NCBI RefSeq assembly: GCF_963921235.1
Contig: NC_086109.1
Location: 37,078,001 to 37,142,000, forward strand
Reading direction: 5' to 3'
DNA length: 64,000 nt
Source of the DNA: Mobula hypostoma
Taxonomy: Eukaryota
Shown: piece after piece, positions 35,921 through 48,885 of the stretch
How positions within the stretch are numbered: the first letter of the stretch is position 1
Layout of the letters: every line of letters begins with the position of its first letter
Made by a program: the position numbers and the translations under genes
Notes under the pieces: generated by a model
The model's input: only the letters and a program-made list of their open reading frames with translations
The model's database searches: none
What the model was told of the DNA's origin: nothing

Positions 35921-38000
35921 AATCAGGATCAGAATCAGAATCAGGTTTATTATCACCAGCATGTGACATGAAATTTGTTAACTTAGCAGCAGCAGTTCAA
36001 TGCAATACATAATCCAGCAGAGAGAGAAAAAAATTAAATTGGATTAGATTAGATTAGATTAGATTATGAGGACACGCAGTCCTCTTTTATTTTCATTTAG
36101 TAATGCATGCATTAAGAAATGATACAATGTTCCTCCAGTATGATATCACAGAAACACTAGACAAATCAAGACTGAAAAACTGACAAAAACCACATAATTA
36201 TAACATATAGTTACAACAGTGCAAAGCAATACCGTAATTTGATAAAGAAGAGATCATGGGCATGGTAAAAAAAAGTCTCAAAGTCTCTCAAAGGTCCCAT
36301 CATCTCACGCAGATGGTGTAACGAAGAAAAAATCTTTCCCTTCCATGAACCTCCAGTGCCGCAAACTTGCCGATGAAGCATCCTGGAAGCACTCGACCAC
36401 AGCCGACTCTTGAGTCCATCCGAAAACTTTGAGCCTCCAATCAGCCCTCTGACAACGAGCACCAAGCACCATCTCTGCCGAGCGCTTTGACTCCGGCCCC
36501 GGCAACAAGCAATAGGCAAAGCCGAGGATTTGGAGCCTTCCCCTCCGGAGATTCTCGATCGCACAGTAGCAGTGGCAGCGAAGCAGGCATCTCAGAAGTT
36601 TCTCCAGATGTTCCTTCGTGCTTCTCACGTCTGTCTCTATCAAATCAGGTTTGTGCACGGCCCCTACTTAACAAATACGATATCACTTCGGAGCGGCTGC
36701 ACGCTCTGCATCGTGCCGCCATCTTCTCCTCCCCTCATCTCCTCCTCTCCTCCTTAAACATAATAATAAATAAACAAGTACATCAATTACGTATATTGAA
36801 TATATTATTTAAAAATGTGTAAAAACAGAAATACTGTATATTAAAAAATGTGAGGTAGTGTCCAAAGCTTCAAAGTCCATTCAGGAATCAGATGGCAGAG
36901 GGGAAGAAGCTGTTCCTAAATCGCTGAGTGTGTGCCTTCTGGCTTCTGTATCTCCTACCTGATAGTAACAGTAGGAAAAAGGCATGCCCTGGGTGCTAGA
37001 GATCTTTAATAATGGACGCTGCCTTTCTGAGACACCACTCCCTGAAGGTGTCCAGGGTACTTTGTAAGCTAGTGCCCAAGATGGAGCTGACTAGATTTAC
37101 AAACTTCTGCAGCTTCTTTTGGTCCTGTGCAGTAGCCCCTCCATACCAGACAGTGATGCAGCCTGTCAGAATGCTCTCCATGGTACAACTATAGATGTTT
37201 TTGAGTGCATTTGTTGACGTGCCAAATTGCTTCAAACTCCTAATAAGGTATAGTTGCAGTCTTGCCTTCTTTACGACTGCATCAATGTGTTGGGACCAGG
37301 TTAGATCCTCAGCGATCTTGACACCCAAGAACTTGAAGCTGCTCACTCTCTCCACTTCTGATCTCTCTATGAGGATTGGGATGTGTTCCTTCATCTTACC
37401 TTTCCTGAAGTCCACAATCAGCTCTTTTGTTCTACTGACATTGAGTGCCAGGTTGTTGCTGTGGCATACCACTAGTTGGCATATCTCACTCCTGTATGCC
37501 CTCTCGTCACCACCTGAGATTCTACCAACAATGGTTGTATCGTCAGCAAATTTATAGATGGTATTTGAGCTATGCCTAGCCACACAGTCATGTATATACA
37601 GAGAGTAGAGCAGTGGACTAAGCACACACCCCTGAGGTGTGCCAGAGTTGATCATCAGCGAAGAGGATATGTTATCACCAATCTGCACAGACTGTGGTCT
37701 TCCGGTTAGGAAGTCGAGGATCCAATTGCAGAGGGAGGTACAGAGGCCCAGGTTCTGCAACTTCTCAATCAGGATTGTGGGAATGATGGTATTTAATGCT
37801 GAGCTATAGTGATGAACAACATCCTGACGTAGGTGTTTGTGTTGTCTAGGTGGTGTGAAGAGCCATGGAGATTGTGTCTGCCGTTAACCTATTGTGGTAG
37901 GCAAATTGCAATGGGTCCAGGTCCTTGCTGAGGCAGGAGTTCAGTCTAGTCATAACCAACCTCTCAAAGCATTTCATCAGTGTCGATGTGAGTGCTACAC
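35921..38000 (-). mobile_element. Rex1/Babar LINE, 5'-truncated, (TTCTGA)n tail
   Basis: ORF 36996-37760 reads [16 protein letters not shown]...[14 protein letters not shown]...[10 protein letters not shown], preceded by DLDPLQFAY. Confidence 0.92.
36040..36740 (-). mobile_element. Non-autonomous retroposon with (AATCT)n tail inserted in Rex1 3' UTR
   Basis: Minus strand starts GAGGAGAAGATGGCGGC and ends CATAATCTAATCTAATCT. Homologous to 4995-5604. Confidence 0.75.
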
Positions 38001-39380
38001 CATAGCCCAGCTTCCTACTTTTCATAGCTGGCTCTGTGCTGCAAGCAGGCCTCAACAAATGGGTCTTAAAACACAATAACTAAACTTTTAAAAAGGTTTT
38101 GAAAAGGTTGACAAGGTTCTAAAAAGTAACTATTAATTTTGTTTTGAACTGCCTCTGATAATTTGTCAATTTAAAGGATATTCAGATTAAGACATTTAGA
38201 AGCTAATCAAATGTTTAAAAGGTAAACAAAATCATTGTAATGTGTTAATATTGGTTTTTGGCTTGTAAGTTGTAGTTATTTTATACAGTATATCCATTCC
38301 GTTAGATCATTGTGTCACTGTCCCCCTAAGAATCTGGGTCATGTGGCTAATTTAGCAACACTGCACTATAGTTCAGAGGTGACAAAATAGAGATACAAAT
38401 CTTTGATGTATCAAGTCAGCGTACTCTGCTGTACAGTGACGAGAAGTTAATGTGCTACTCATATGAAAAATTATACTTGAATAACATATTAAAGCCTCAC
38501 AAATAACTTTAAATATCAAAATAAAGTAAAATAACTAAAGTTCTTGCCATCTTCCCTGATAGGGTCAGTGAATTCATTCAAAGGAATGGAGTTAACATTC
38601 CTAATCCAGCAGTCCTGTCAAGAATCTGGGTTTCATTTGGAATATACTGTGTATCTGGACCTCATTCAAAGAGTCTGGGCTCCATTTCTGGGCTCAATAG
38701 TGAATCCAACAATGGAACAGTCAGTTGTGCCCAGATGTGATGTCTTGACTCCCAAGTTTGGCCAAGTATACAAGTACATGCGAGACTCCCATTGCAACTG
38801 CTGTTAATTAGTTAACATGATTTGGCCCAGTTATTTGAAAAAGAAATGCAGCATATTTTCATTATGAAGTACCCAGGAATGTTGATAAGATTGTAAAATT
38901 TACAAATTCAGTATTTAATTAAACACACCTAAATTATGCAGCAATTAATTTCATTTGTTTGAGAAATTTTCTGTGAGACGCACTTGCCAACTTATTTAGT
39001 TAACAAAAATGGGAAATTATATATCACACAAATTGTTAAATCAAATTAGGAATGTGGGATCACTGAACTTTCAGAGCCACACAATCACATTTTATGAGGC
39101 TGTAGATGGAATAATAATGGGCAGAAATTGAGCTGACCTTTGTAAGTCCAGCATGTAATGAGCAGTAATTACATCTTTCTTTTTCTCTATCAAAAACCAA
39201 TCAGCCATTGTTAATCTTGTCAAAGACTGCATCCGTATAAAATGTTGAGTGGTAGAGAAATCTAATATCTTCCTTATTAATAATGAAGACAATAATGCAT
39301 AAATATTTCCATCAGTACATGTGCAGAAATGTGAAGTATTTGAATGTGCAAACTTGATTGCCATTTTAAAATTTTCAAAG

Positions 39381-40338
39381 AACCATAGAACCATAGAACA
39401 TTACAGCACAGAAACAAGTCTTTTGGCCCTTTTTGGCTGTACCGAACCATTTTTCTGCCTAGTCCCATTGACCTGCACCTGGACCATATCCCTCCATACA
39501 CCTCTCATCCATGTACCTGTCCAAGTTTTTCTTAAATGTTAAAAGTGAGCCCGCATTTACCACTTCATCTGGCAGCTCATTCTACACTCCCACCACTCTC
39601 TGTGTGAAGAACCCCCACCAATGTTCTGTTTAAATTTTTCCCCCTTCATCCTTAACCCACGTCCTCTAGTTTTTTCTCTCCCCTAGCCTCAGTGGAAAAA
39701 GCCTGCTTGCATTCACTCTGTCCATACCCTTCATTATTTTATATACCTCTATCAAATCTCCCCTCATTCTTCTACACTCCAGGGAATAAACCTTCTCTGC
39801 ACTCTTTCAACCTTATTAATATCCTTCCTGTAATTTGGTGACCAAAACTGCACACAATACTCCAAATTCGGCCTCACCAATGCCTTATGCAACCTCATCA
39901 AAACATTACAACTCTTATACTCAGTACTTTGATTTATAAAGGCCAATGTACCAAAAGCTCTCCTTACGACCCTAACTACCTGTGACGCCACTTTTAGGGA
40001 ATTTTGTGCCTGTATTCCCAGATCCCTCTGTTCTACCACACTCCTCAGTGCCCTACCATTTACCTTATATGTTCTACCTTGGTTTGTCCTTCCAAAGTGT
40101 AATACCTCACACTTGTCTGTATTAAACTCCATCTGCCATTTTTCAGCCCATTTTCCAGCTGGTCCAAATCCCTCTGCAAGCTTTGAAGATCTTTCTCACT
40201 GTCCACTAGACCTCCAATCTTTGTATCATCAACAAATTTGCTGATCCAATTTACCACATTATCATCCAGATCATTGATATAGATGACAAATAACAATGGA
40301 CCCAGCACTGATCCCTATGGCACACCACTAGTCACAGG
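39381..40338 (-). mobile_element. HER1/CR1 3' fragment (close relative of 29891-32003)
   Basis: Reads LGPLLFVIYINDLDDNVVNWISKFVDD and MEFNTDKCEVLHFG, with the same tail type. Confidence 0.92.
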
Positions 40339-40784
40339 AATAATAAACAGAATAAATACCTAAATTTTCAATTTGTTACTTTTAAGTAATCCCTAAGCTA
40401 AGATGAAGAACAGTAATTGTAAATCTATTGGCAATCTGTAATACAAAGAATCTAAAGTAGAAATATTCCCTCACTTATTCCACTTGTCTGTATCATGTTT
40501 CAGTTCAACTGCATGTATAAGTGGTACATGTGTAGGAAAGAATGGTTTAGACAAATTCTAAGTACATTTGTACAAAAAACAGCATCAGCTGTCCACATTT
40601 TCCTTGACATTTCTCACCTTCTTGATGGTAAAGTGTTACATATATGTTGATTAAAAATGTTTTCTCTAGATCCTAATTGCAGACAAATATATGCAGTGTT
40701 GAGCATTGTGCAAAAGACAGAGAGAATCATCCCTATTAAAAGGTTACAAGTTTGGCTGTATTTATTTACAAAAGAGGGAAAGAT

Positions 40785-41988
40785 AACTACCTCGACTATA
40801 CCTCTTCTCACCCCGCCACATGCAAAAATGCCATTCCATATTCCCAGTTCCTCCATCTCTGCAGCATCTGCTCCCAGGATGAGGCTTTCCGTTCCAAGAC
40901 ATCTCAAAGGCCCTCTTCCTTTAAGGATCGTGGTTTCCCTTCTGCCATCATCAATGATGCCCTCACCCACATCTCCTCCATTTCCCGCACTTCAGCCCTC
41001 ACCCCATCCTCCCATCACCACAACAGGGACAGAGTTCCCCTTGTCCTCACCTACCACCCCACCAGCCTCCGGATCCAGCACATTATCCTCCACAACTTCC
41101 GCCACCTTCAACAGGACCCCACCACTAAGCACATATTTCCTTCTCTACTCCTCTCCACTTTCCGCAGGGATCATTCCCTCCATGACTCTGTGGTCCACAC
41201 ATCCCTCCCCAGGGATCTCCCACCCGGCACTTATCCCTACAAGCATAAGTGCTACACTTGTCCCTACACCTCCTCTGAGGGCCCCAAACAGTCGTTCCAG
41301 GTGAGGCAACACTTCACTTGTGAGTCTGTTGGGGTCATCTATTGCATTCGGTGCTCCTGGTGCGGTGTCCTCTACATCAGTGAGATCCTATGCAGATTGG
41401 GGGACTGCTTCGTCGAGCACCTCCATTCCGTCCGCCACAACAGACAGGATCTCCCAGTTGCCACCCACTTCAACTCTGCTTCACATTCCCATTCAGATAT
41501 GTCCATACATGGCCTCCTCTACTGCCATGATGAGGCCAAACTCAGGTTGGAGGAGTAACATCTTATATACCGTCTGGGTAATCTCCAGCTCCTTGGCATG
41601 AACATTGAATTCTCCAACTTCCGGTAATTCCCTCCCCTTCCTTCCCCCATCCCAGTTTCACTCTGCCCCCTCCTCCAGCTGTCTATCACCTCCCTCATGG
41701 TTCTGCCTCTTTCTACTACCTATTGTGCTTTCCCCTGTTCCTCCTTCACCTTTCCTGCTTATCCCCTCCCTGCTTCCCCTCCTCCACCCCTTTATCTTCC
41801 CCTTACTGGTTTTTCACCTGGCACCTACCAGCCTTCTCCTTCCAACCCTCCCCCCCACCTTCCTTATAGGGCCCCTGCCCCCTCCATCTTCACTCCTGAC
41901 GAAGGGTCTCCGCCTGAAACGTTGACTGTTCACTTCCACGGATGCTGCCCGACCTGCTGAGTTCCTCCAGCGTGTTGTGCGTGTTGCT
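40785..41988 (+). mobile_element. Penelope-like element 3' part: RT thumb, GIY-YIG endonuclease, terminal repeat
   Basis: Reads YLDYTSSHP..CKNAIPYSQFL, CYTCP..FTCES and GVIYCIRCSWCGVLYISE..RLGDCFVEH (GIY-YIG), followed by the pyrimidine tract and hammerhead motif. Confidence 0.9.
41891..41928 (+). ncRNA. Minimal type I hammerhead ribozyme motif (Penelope-associated)
   Basis: CACTC-CTGACGA-[AGG GTCTCCG CCT]-GAAA-CG-TT|GACTG. The CUGANGA and GAAA core is intact, helix III is the palindromic ACGU, and the cleavage triplet is GUU. Confidence 0.7.
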
Positions 41989-42780
41989 ATAGAAGTTTGT
42001 CAATGTCTTAGATGTCATGTTAAACCTCTGAAAACTCCTCAGGAAGTAGAGGGGCTGCTGTGCTTTCTTCATAGTTGCACTTACGTCCATGCTGGGACCA
42101 GGACAGGTCCGCTGAAATGATAATACATAAGAATTTAAAGTTGCTAACCCTCTCCATCTCTGAATCTCTAAAGAGTGGAAGAAGGAGAGGGACTGGCTTA
42201 TGGACCTCTGGTTTCCTTCTCCTGAAGTCTCTAATCAGCTCCCTGGTCTTGCTGACATTGAGTAAGAGGTTGCTGTTACGACTCCATTCACTGGATTTTC
42301 AATCTCCCTCCTGAATGCTGATTCATCACCACCTTTGATGCGGTCTGGAACAGCGGTGCCATCAGCAAATTTGAATATGGCATTGGACCTGTGCTTAGCC
42401 ACATAATCATACGCGTAAAGTGAGCAGAGCAGGGAACTAAGCACACAGACTTGTGGTGCACCTGCTCTGGTGGAGATTGTGAAGGAAGTATTTTTGCCAA
42501 TCCAAAGTGACTAGTGTCTGCAAGTGAGGAAATCCAGGATCCAATTGCACAAGCAGGTAATGTGGCCAAGCACTTGAAGCTTATTGACTAGTTTTCAGGT
42601 GGTGATGGTATTGAATACTGAGCTGCAGTCATTAAAGAGTATCCTGAAATATATATCTTTCCTGTCCAGATGTTCCAGGGTTGAATGAAGAGCCAATGAA
42701 ATGGCATCTGCTGTGAACCAGTTGCTCCAGTAGGGAGGATAGAGCGACCTAAAACATTCCTCAGGAGTTGGTATGTAGCG
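41989..42780 (-). mobile_element. Decayed Rex1/Babar LINE fragment
   Basis: Reads LCSLYAYDYVAKH.SNAIFKFADGTAV and KKAQQPLYFLRS..RF. Confidence 0.8.
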
Positions 42781-43539
42781 CCCATGTAGTGCTGGTCTAA
42801 TCTTGTATGACTGTTTGCTGCACTCTTTGTGAGAAAATCAAATGACATAGTACTGCTCTAGGTATTGGAAGGAGGCAGTGAATAGAAAACACACACTTCT
42901 GGTGTTTGTTTATAATAATAGCAATATATACAAAATATTTACATGAATGAGAACAATTCAAATTCCAACATTCTGTTTAGATTCCAAATCTCAGATGTCA
43001 AACAAAAAAAATTATTTTTTAGTTAGAATCAGTGAGATTCATTGGAACAACCTTTATTACTCCAATTTCTTTAACTAATTAGATCGTGTTATTCCCTATT
43101 TAAAGGTTTGCTTTTATTTCTCTCTAGTTAGTTATAAAACTAATTGAATTCCTATTCTTAAGTACTATGGTTAACTTCCGTTTCAGTTCCAGTCAGTATG
43201 TCTACAAATTCAAAAATTATATGGCTGAATGCCTTTCATGGCAAATTCTCCATTAACACAACTTTTAAAAAAAGTAAATCTCATTCAGTAACTTATCAAA
43301 GTCTTTGTAAAAGTAATCATTTCTTGCAGAAAATCAAATTCAGATCCTTTGAATGAAAATAAACTTATACATCCAATCGTATTAAATCCTCTATGTCATT
43401 AAACATTTTGTCCTGCGCTGGTTCTTCGATCTTGAGTGGCTCGCCATCTTGTTTCTTGTTTCATTGGATGAAGTAGTTGATCAGCCAAGGAAAGGTGATT
43501 CACAAACTTATAAAAAAGCACCTGACCTGTAAAAACCTG

Positions 43540-43856
43540 GTCTTTCCCTGGACTGAAATGGCTAGCATAAGAGGGCACAGTTTTAAGGTGCTTGGAAGTA
43601 GGTACAGAGGAGATGTCAGGGGTAAGTTTTTTATGCAGAGAGTGGTGAGTGTGTGGAATGGGCTGCCGGTGACAGTGGTAGAGGTGGATACGATAGAGTC
43701 TTTTAAGAGACTCCTGGATAGGTACATAGAGCTTAGCAAAACAGAGGGCCATGTGTAGCCCAAGGTAATTTCTAAAGTAAGTACACGTTTGACACAGCTT
43801 TGTGGGCCAGAGGGCCTGTATTGTGCTGTAGGTTTTCTATATTCTATGTTCTATGT
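43540..43856 (+). mobile_element. CR1 3' end
   Basis: Reads RGHSFKVLGSRYRGDVRGKFFMQRVVSVWN, with a (TTCTATG)n tail. Confidence 0.85.
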
Positions 43857-45104
43857 ACACGCCAGGATTACAATCAGTAAGTTTTTATACACATTCTATT
43901 TTCAATTTCAAAATAACTCAAAATCACCTTGTCATTTCCAAACACCTCTCTGTTACAACACTACTGAATATATTACACACACAAATTATACACTTGAAAC
44001 AGTAAATGTTTTAACTCACCAAATCCCTTGGTGTGATTTAACAGAAATAATTCCAGGTTACACGGTAGAGGTCTTGGACACTCGTGCTTACTGTCTCGTT
44101 ATAGCTGCTGCTTGTTATAGCTGTAGCTTCAATAGATCTTTTCTTGCTATCATTTCTCCTTCAGGAGTTTCACCCTGAAGTTTTCAAGTACGTAAGGCAG
44201 AGACACTCACTACTAATTCAACTTTTACCAGTTTATATTTCTTTAGTTTTTAAGTTTGCTGCTTTGCTCTTGCTTGACCCGCGCCTGCATCCGCCACGCC
44301 TCGATCTTGCATAGCTTTCCCTCCCCCCAAAGTTCCCTTTTTTAAAAAAAAATTGGTAAACCACGTCTTCATTCCTCTACAGGTGGAGCTTTCTAACATT
44401 ACATCCTTGGGTTTAATTAACCTGGGTTACAATCCTCTCGCAACACTGTGGATGTAAAGTGCTAATGTGTAATAGTTATTATGACAGACCACCACCATAA
44501 TAGCTGTTAACTATTATTTCAATGAGTACAAATATTTGTGTTTGCACAAACAAAAGGTATTTCCTCGTGTTCTTTGCTGCACATTTTAAATAGATTAGGG
44601 TCAGAGTTGTAGGACGCAGTGGACACCATCACGTGTTCTGTGTAATGATATCCTCACTTTGAGATCTGTAGTAAAGTTCCCACTTTCATGAACAGGCATT
44701 GTAAGGAAGCTGACCAAATGCCTAGAATTTCAAATCCTCCTTGGGGCAACTATGAACCCAAGTTGTAGAGAGAAACTACAGAGGCTCTATCTACAATCTT
44801 CGAATATTCCCTGGTTGTAGGGTAGTGGTAGAAGACTGGAGGAGTGGAAATATTTTACATATATTTAAAGATATGTTGCGTTGAGAGCTGGCAAGCACGG
44901 ACTATTAGATCAGTGGTGGAAAATATTTAGCTTCAATAATTAATGGCAAAATTAATCAGGATTTGGAAAAGCATGGGCTAACAAATACACAATAAATAAT
45001 TTATTAAAGACCATTCGTACAAGTATCTAATTAGTTTGATCCTTTGCACTAATTAGCAATGAAGTTGGTGCATTTGAGAACTTGGCAAAATACAGAATGA
45101 CATA

Positions 45105-46075
45105 CCATAAGACAATAAGACATAAGAATAAAATTAGTCCATTTGGTCCATTGAGTCTGCTGCACCATTCTATCATGGCTGATTTATTTTCTCTCTCAAC
45201 CCCATTCTCCTGCCTTCTTCCTGCAATCTTTGATGCCCTGACTAATCAAGAACTTATCAACCTCCAATTTAAATATACTCAATGATTTGGTCTCTGCCGC
45301 CATCCATGGCAATGAATTCTGCAGATTTAACACCCTCTGACTAAAGAAATTCTTCCTCATTCCTGTTCTATAGGGATGTCCTTGTTTTCTGAGGCTGTGT
45401 CCTCTAGTCCTAGACTCTCACACCATTGGACACATCACCTCCTTCTACCAAAGTGTACAATAATATTCTTTCCTACACTATGTTCCATCTGCTACCTCTT
45501 TACCATTCTGCTAATCTGTCCAAGTTCTTCTAGAACTCGCTGCTTCCTCAACACTACCTGCAGCTCCACCTATCTACCAGCCAATGATGCTTACACAGTA
45601 GACATTAAGTTGCCATTGCAAGTGATTTGGGGACAGTAATAGTGAATGAGTTACAAACCTAGTACATTGGAATTGTCAATATGTGGACTGATAACAAGAG
45701 TTCTGTGTTCTGACAAAACATTGACAGTGTAAAAAGGAAATTGTGACTTAACACAGAGCCCTGTTAAATACCACTAGTCACTGACAACTAACTAGAGAAG
45801 GCCCCCTTTATTTCCACTCTTTGTCTTCAGCCAGTCAGCCAATCTCTGCCCATGCCAGCAAATTTTGTTTAGCAGCCTCATGTGCAGCACCTTGTCAAAG
45901 GCCTCCTGAAAATCCAAGTAAGCAACATCCACTGGCTGTCCTTTGTCTATCCTGTTTGTTATTTCCTCAAAGAATTCCAAAAGATTTGTTAAGCAAGATT
46001 TCCCCTTAAGTAAACCATGCTGACTTTGGCCTATTTTATCGTGTGCCTCCAAGTACCCTGAAACCTCATCCTAAT
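45105..46075 (-). mobile_element. Decayed, internally deleted CR1 fragments
   Basis: 3' tail at ~45105-45440. Reads QHGLLKGKSCLTNLLEFFEE...YLDFQEAFDKV at 45792-46052. Confidence 0.75.
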
Positions 46076-46231
46076 AGATTTATTCACAATGTTAAAATCC
46101 CTGGGAATAAAAGCAACCTTGAGATATGGATACAAAATCAATTTTACAAAAACAGCAAACTGAATCCTGATGAACAGCTATCTCTCAGACAGGAGTGAGG
46201 TATGCAGTCATGAACCTCAGAGGATAATATT

Positions 46232-46505
46232 GGGGTGGCACGGTAGTGTAGTGGTTAGCACAACGCTTTACAATACAGGCAACTCAGGTTCAATTCCCGC
46301 CGCTGTCTGTAGGAGTTTGTACATTCTCCCCGTGACTGAGGGTTCCCGCTGGGTGCTGCAGTTTCCTCCCACAGTCTGAGACATACCAGTTAGTAGGTTA
46401 AATGGTCATTGTAAATTGGCCCATGACTAGGTTGGGGTTAAATCAGGGGTTGCTGAATGGTGTGGCTCGAAGAACCTATTCCACGCTGTATCTGAATAAA
46501 TAAAA
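46232..46505 (+). mobile_element. tRNA-derived V-SINE (HE1-like)
   Basis: A-box TAGTGTAGTGG, B-box GGTTCAATTCC, V-domain-like GGAGTTTGTACATTCTCCCCGTG...TTTCCTCCCACAGTC, and (AATA)n tail. Confidence 0.85.
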
Positions 46506-47228
46506 ATAATTAATTAAGGCCAGTATATTCTTCTTGAAGAATTTCAAAGTTCGCCAATGATCCGAGAATTTAAATCGGTAAACAATAAAGAAGATTCAAG
46601 GAAGTGGAAAGGAATTTTCTCAAATAGGACCTGTGTATGCAGAAATTGTGATGCATGATTAATCCTTGTTTCATTTGAACTTGAGCAGGTCGCAAATAAA
46701 ATTCATGTTTCCATCTCATTATCTTGGTTTTCAGTTTGTGGTCAGTGCCAATTGTGAATTGCATTAGCAAATCCATGAGGAACAATCCCTTTGAATTAAA
46801 GCCAGACAGCACCGATCAACACAATACTTACTGGCCCTTAAAGGGAAAGCCTCAGTCTGATGGCAAAACTATTGCACATGTTTGTAAAGCTCACTGGAAT
46901 ATATGAATGGAATCTCAATCCACTAGATCAGTTATGAGTCAATTCTGTCCACAGAAATATTGATGGTAGGGAAGGTGAGAGTTATTGTCCAGTATTAGCC
47001 TGGGGCTACTTACTATCTATCAGCCTGTTTCCAAGCATTGTTCACATCTTGTTGCATAGAGGTATATTGAGCATTACTTGAGGAGAATATGAAGTAGAAT
47101 CCCACACTACACTCTTATGCAAGAGCATAGGATAGTAATAGATACCTGACCCCTCAAGTTTGCCCCATCATTCAATAAGTTCATGGCTGATCTGTCCCAG
47201 GCCTCACAACACAGAGCCCTCAGATCCT

Positions 47229-47751
47229 ATCCACGGCCCCTACTTCTGTAAAGATGAAGCCACACTCAGGTTGGAGGAACAACACCTTATATTCCATCTG
47301 GGTAGCCTCCAACCTGATGGCATGAACATTGACTTCTCAAACTTCCGCTAATGCCCCACCTCCCCCTCGTACCCCATCCGTTATTTATTTATATACACAC
47401 ATTCTTTCTCTCTCTCTCTCCTTTTTCTCCCTCTGTCCCTCTGACTATATCCCTTGCCCATCCTCTGGGTTTTCCCCCCTCGCCCTTTTCTTTCTCCCTG
47501 GGCCTCCTGTCCCATGATCCTCTCATATCCCTTTTGCCAATCACCTGTCCAGCTCTTGGCTCCATCCCTTCCCCCCTACTGTCTTCTCCTATCATTTTGG
47601 ATTTCCCCCTACCCCTCCCACTTTCAAATCTCTTACTAGCTCTTCCTTCAGTTAGTCCTGATGAAGGGTCTCGGCCCAAAACGTAGACTATACCTTTTTC
47701 CTAGAGATGCTGCCTGGCCTGCTGCGTTCACCAGCAACTTTGATGTGTATT
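47229..47751 (+). mobile_element. Penelope-like terminal-repeat insertion with perfect 13-bp TSD
   Basis: GCCCTCAGATCCT at 47216-47228 and 47752-47764. Reads LRLEEQHLIFHLGSLQPDGMNIDFSNFR (GIY-YIG C-terminus). Hammerhead motif at 47653-47690. Confidence 0.9.
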
Positions 47752-48885
47752 GCCCTCAGATCCTCAGTCTTTCCCAAGACTAACACCTTTAAGTGTAGGC
47801 AACAAAAGTATTACTTAAGATTGTTGACTGTCTGTTTGTTCTGTTTAGTTGCATGGTCTTCATTTCTTCTACATTCCCTACCATGACACAGGTTTTAGAT
47901 ATTAATGAGGCTCCATGATAAGGATTGATTCGATGTATAATAAATCAATTTTAGAAGGATTGATTGTTCTGTGACTCTTTTTGATGGGACGAGTTGGATT
48001 AACGGTTTGGCCTGGACTAGCTGGGCCAATGGGCCTGTTTTGGTGTTGTAGTGCTCTATGATAAAATGACTGCATAAAGTGAATTGACTTTGCAGTGCAA
48101 TCAATTGTTTGCTGCAATGCCAGGTGTAGACTCAGCCCCACCTCCAGTTCATTGTCTATTGACAACACCGTGTTGAAGTAACTCAGCTGAGAGCTGCCAT
48201 AGATACCATAGATCCATCTGCATTGTTTGATACTTTGTAAATGCAGTAAGATATTTGTTATACTGAGTTGAATCTTAAAAATAACTTCTGTTCATCAAAA
48301 TGAGAAGTGATCTCTAATTTACATTGGATATGAAGGGGTATATTTCCTTTTGGTGCAGTATCAGAAATAGAAGACTCAAATTTCAAGACTAATACTGCAA
48401 AAAAAAGCAATTAAAGTGCAAGCTATTGTGATACTACTTAATAAGTCAAATGTTAATGTTAAACTGAAAATGAATTAACGATTAATTAACAAAGAATAGA
48501 AAACAAATGGATAAAATATTTATTTTCAGAAGGATTAATTCAACTCCCTTGAAATCAAGAAACCTGGACAAAGATTATAGAGGAATTATGGAGCACCATT
48601 AACTTTTATCCTGATAATTATGTTAATCCCATTTTCTTGTTTTTGTTTCAACTGAAGCCAGAATGAATTCAGCATTGTTATGCATAGTTATTTAAGTATA
48701 AAACTCTGTTGGGATTTGATATTAATGTTGGTGAAATGATTTATCATTGTCATATGTACTGAGGTACGGTGAAAATCTTGCCTTGCATTCTATTCGTATA
48801 TAGATCAATTCATTATACGAGATTCAACAAAAACACAATGCAGAATAATGTGTCACAGTTACAGAAAAAGTGCAATGCAGATAGA

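Noticed and set aside
40657..41304. 215-aa Ser/Pro/Thr-rich ORF
   Set aside because: It is an alternative frame of the C-rich Penelope ORF.
46232..46300. tRNA gene
   Set aside because: The A and B boxes continue into a SINE body and tail, and no convincing cloverleaf is visible. The same applies at 63176.
46832..46893. Minus-strand exon with good splice signals
   Set aside because: All three frames contain stops, so it is non-coding at best.
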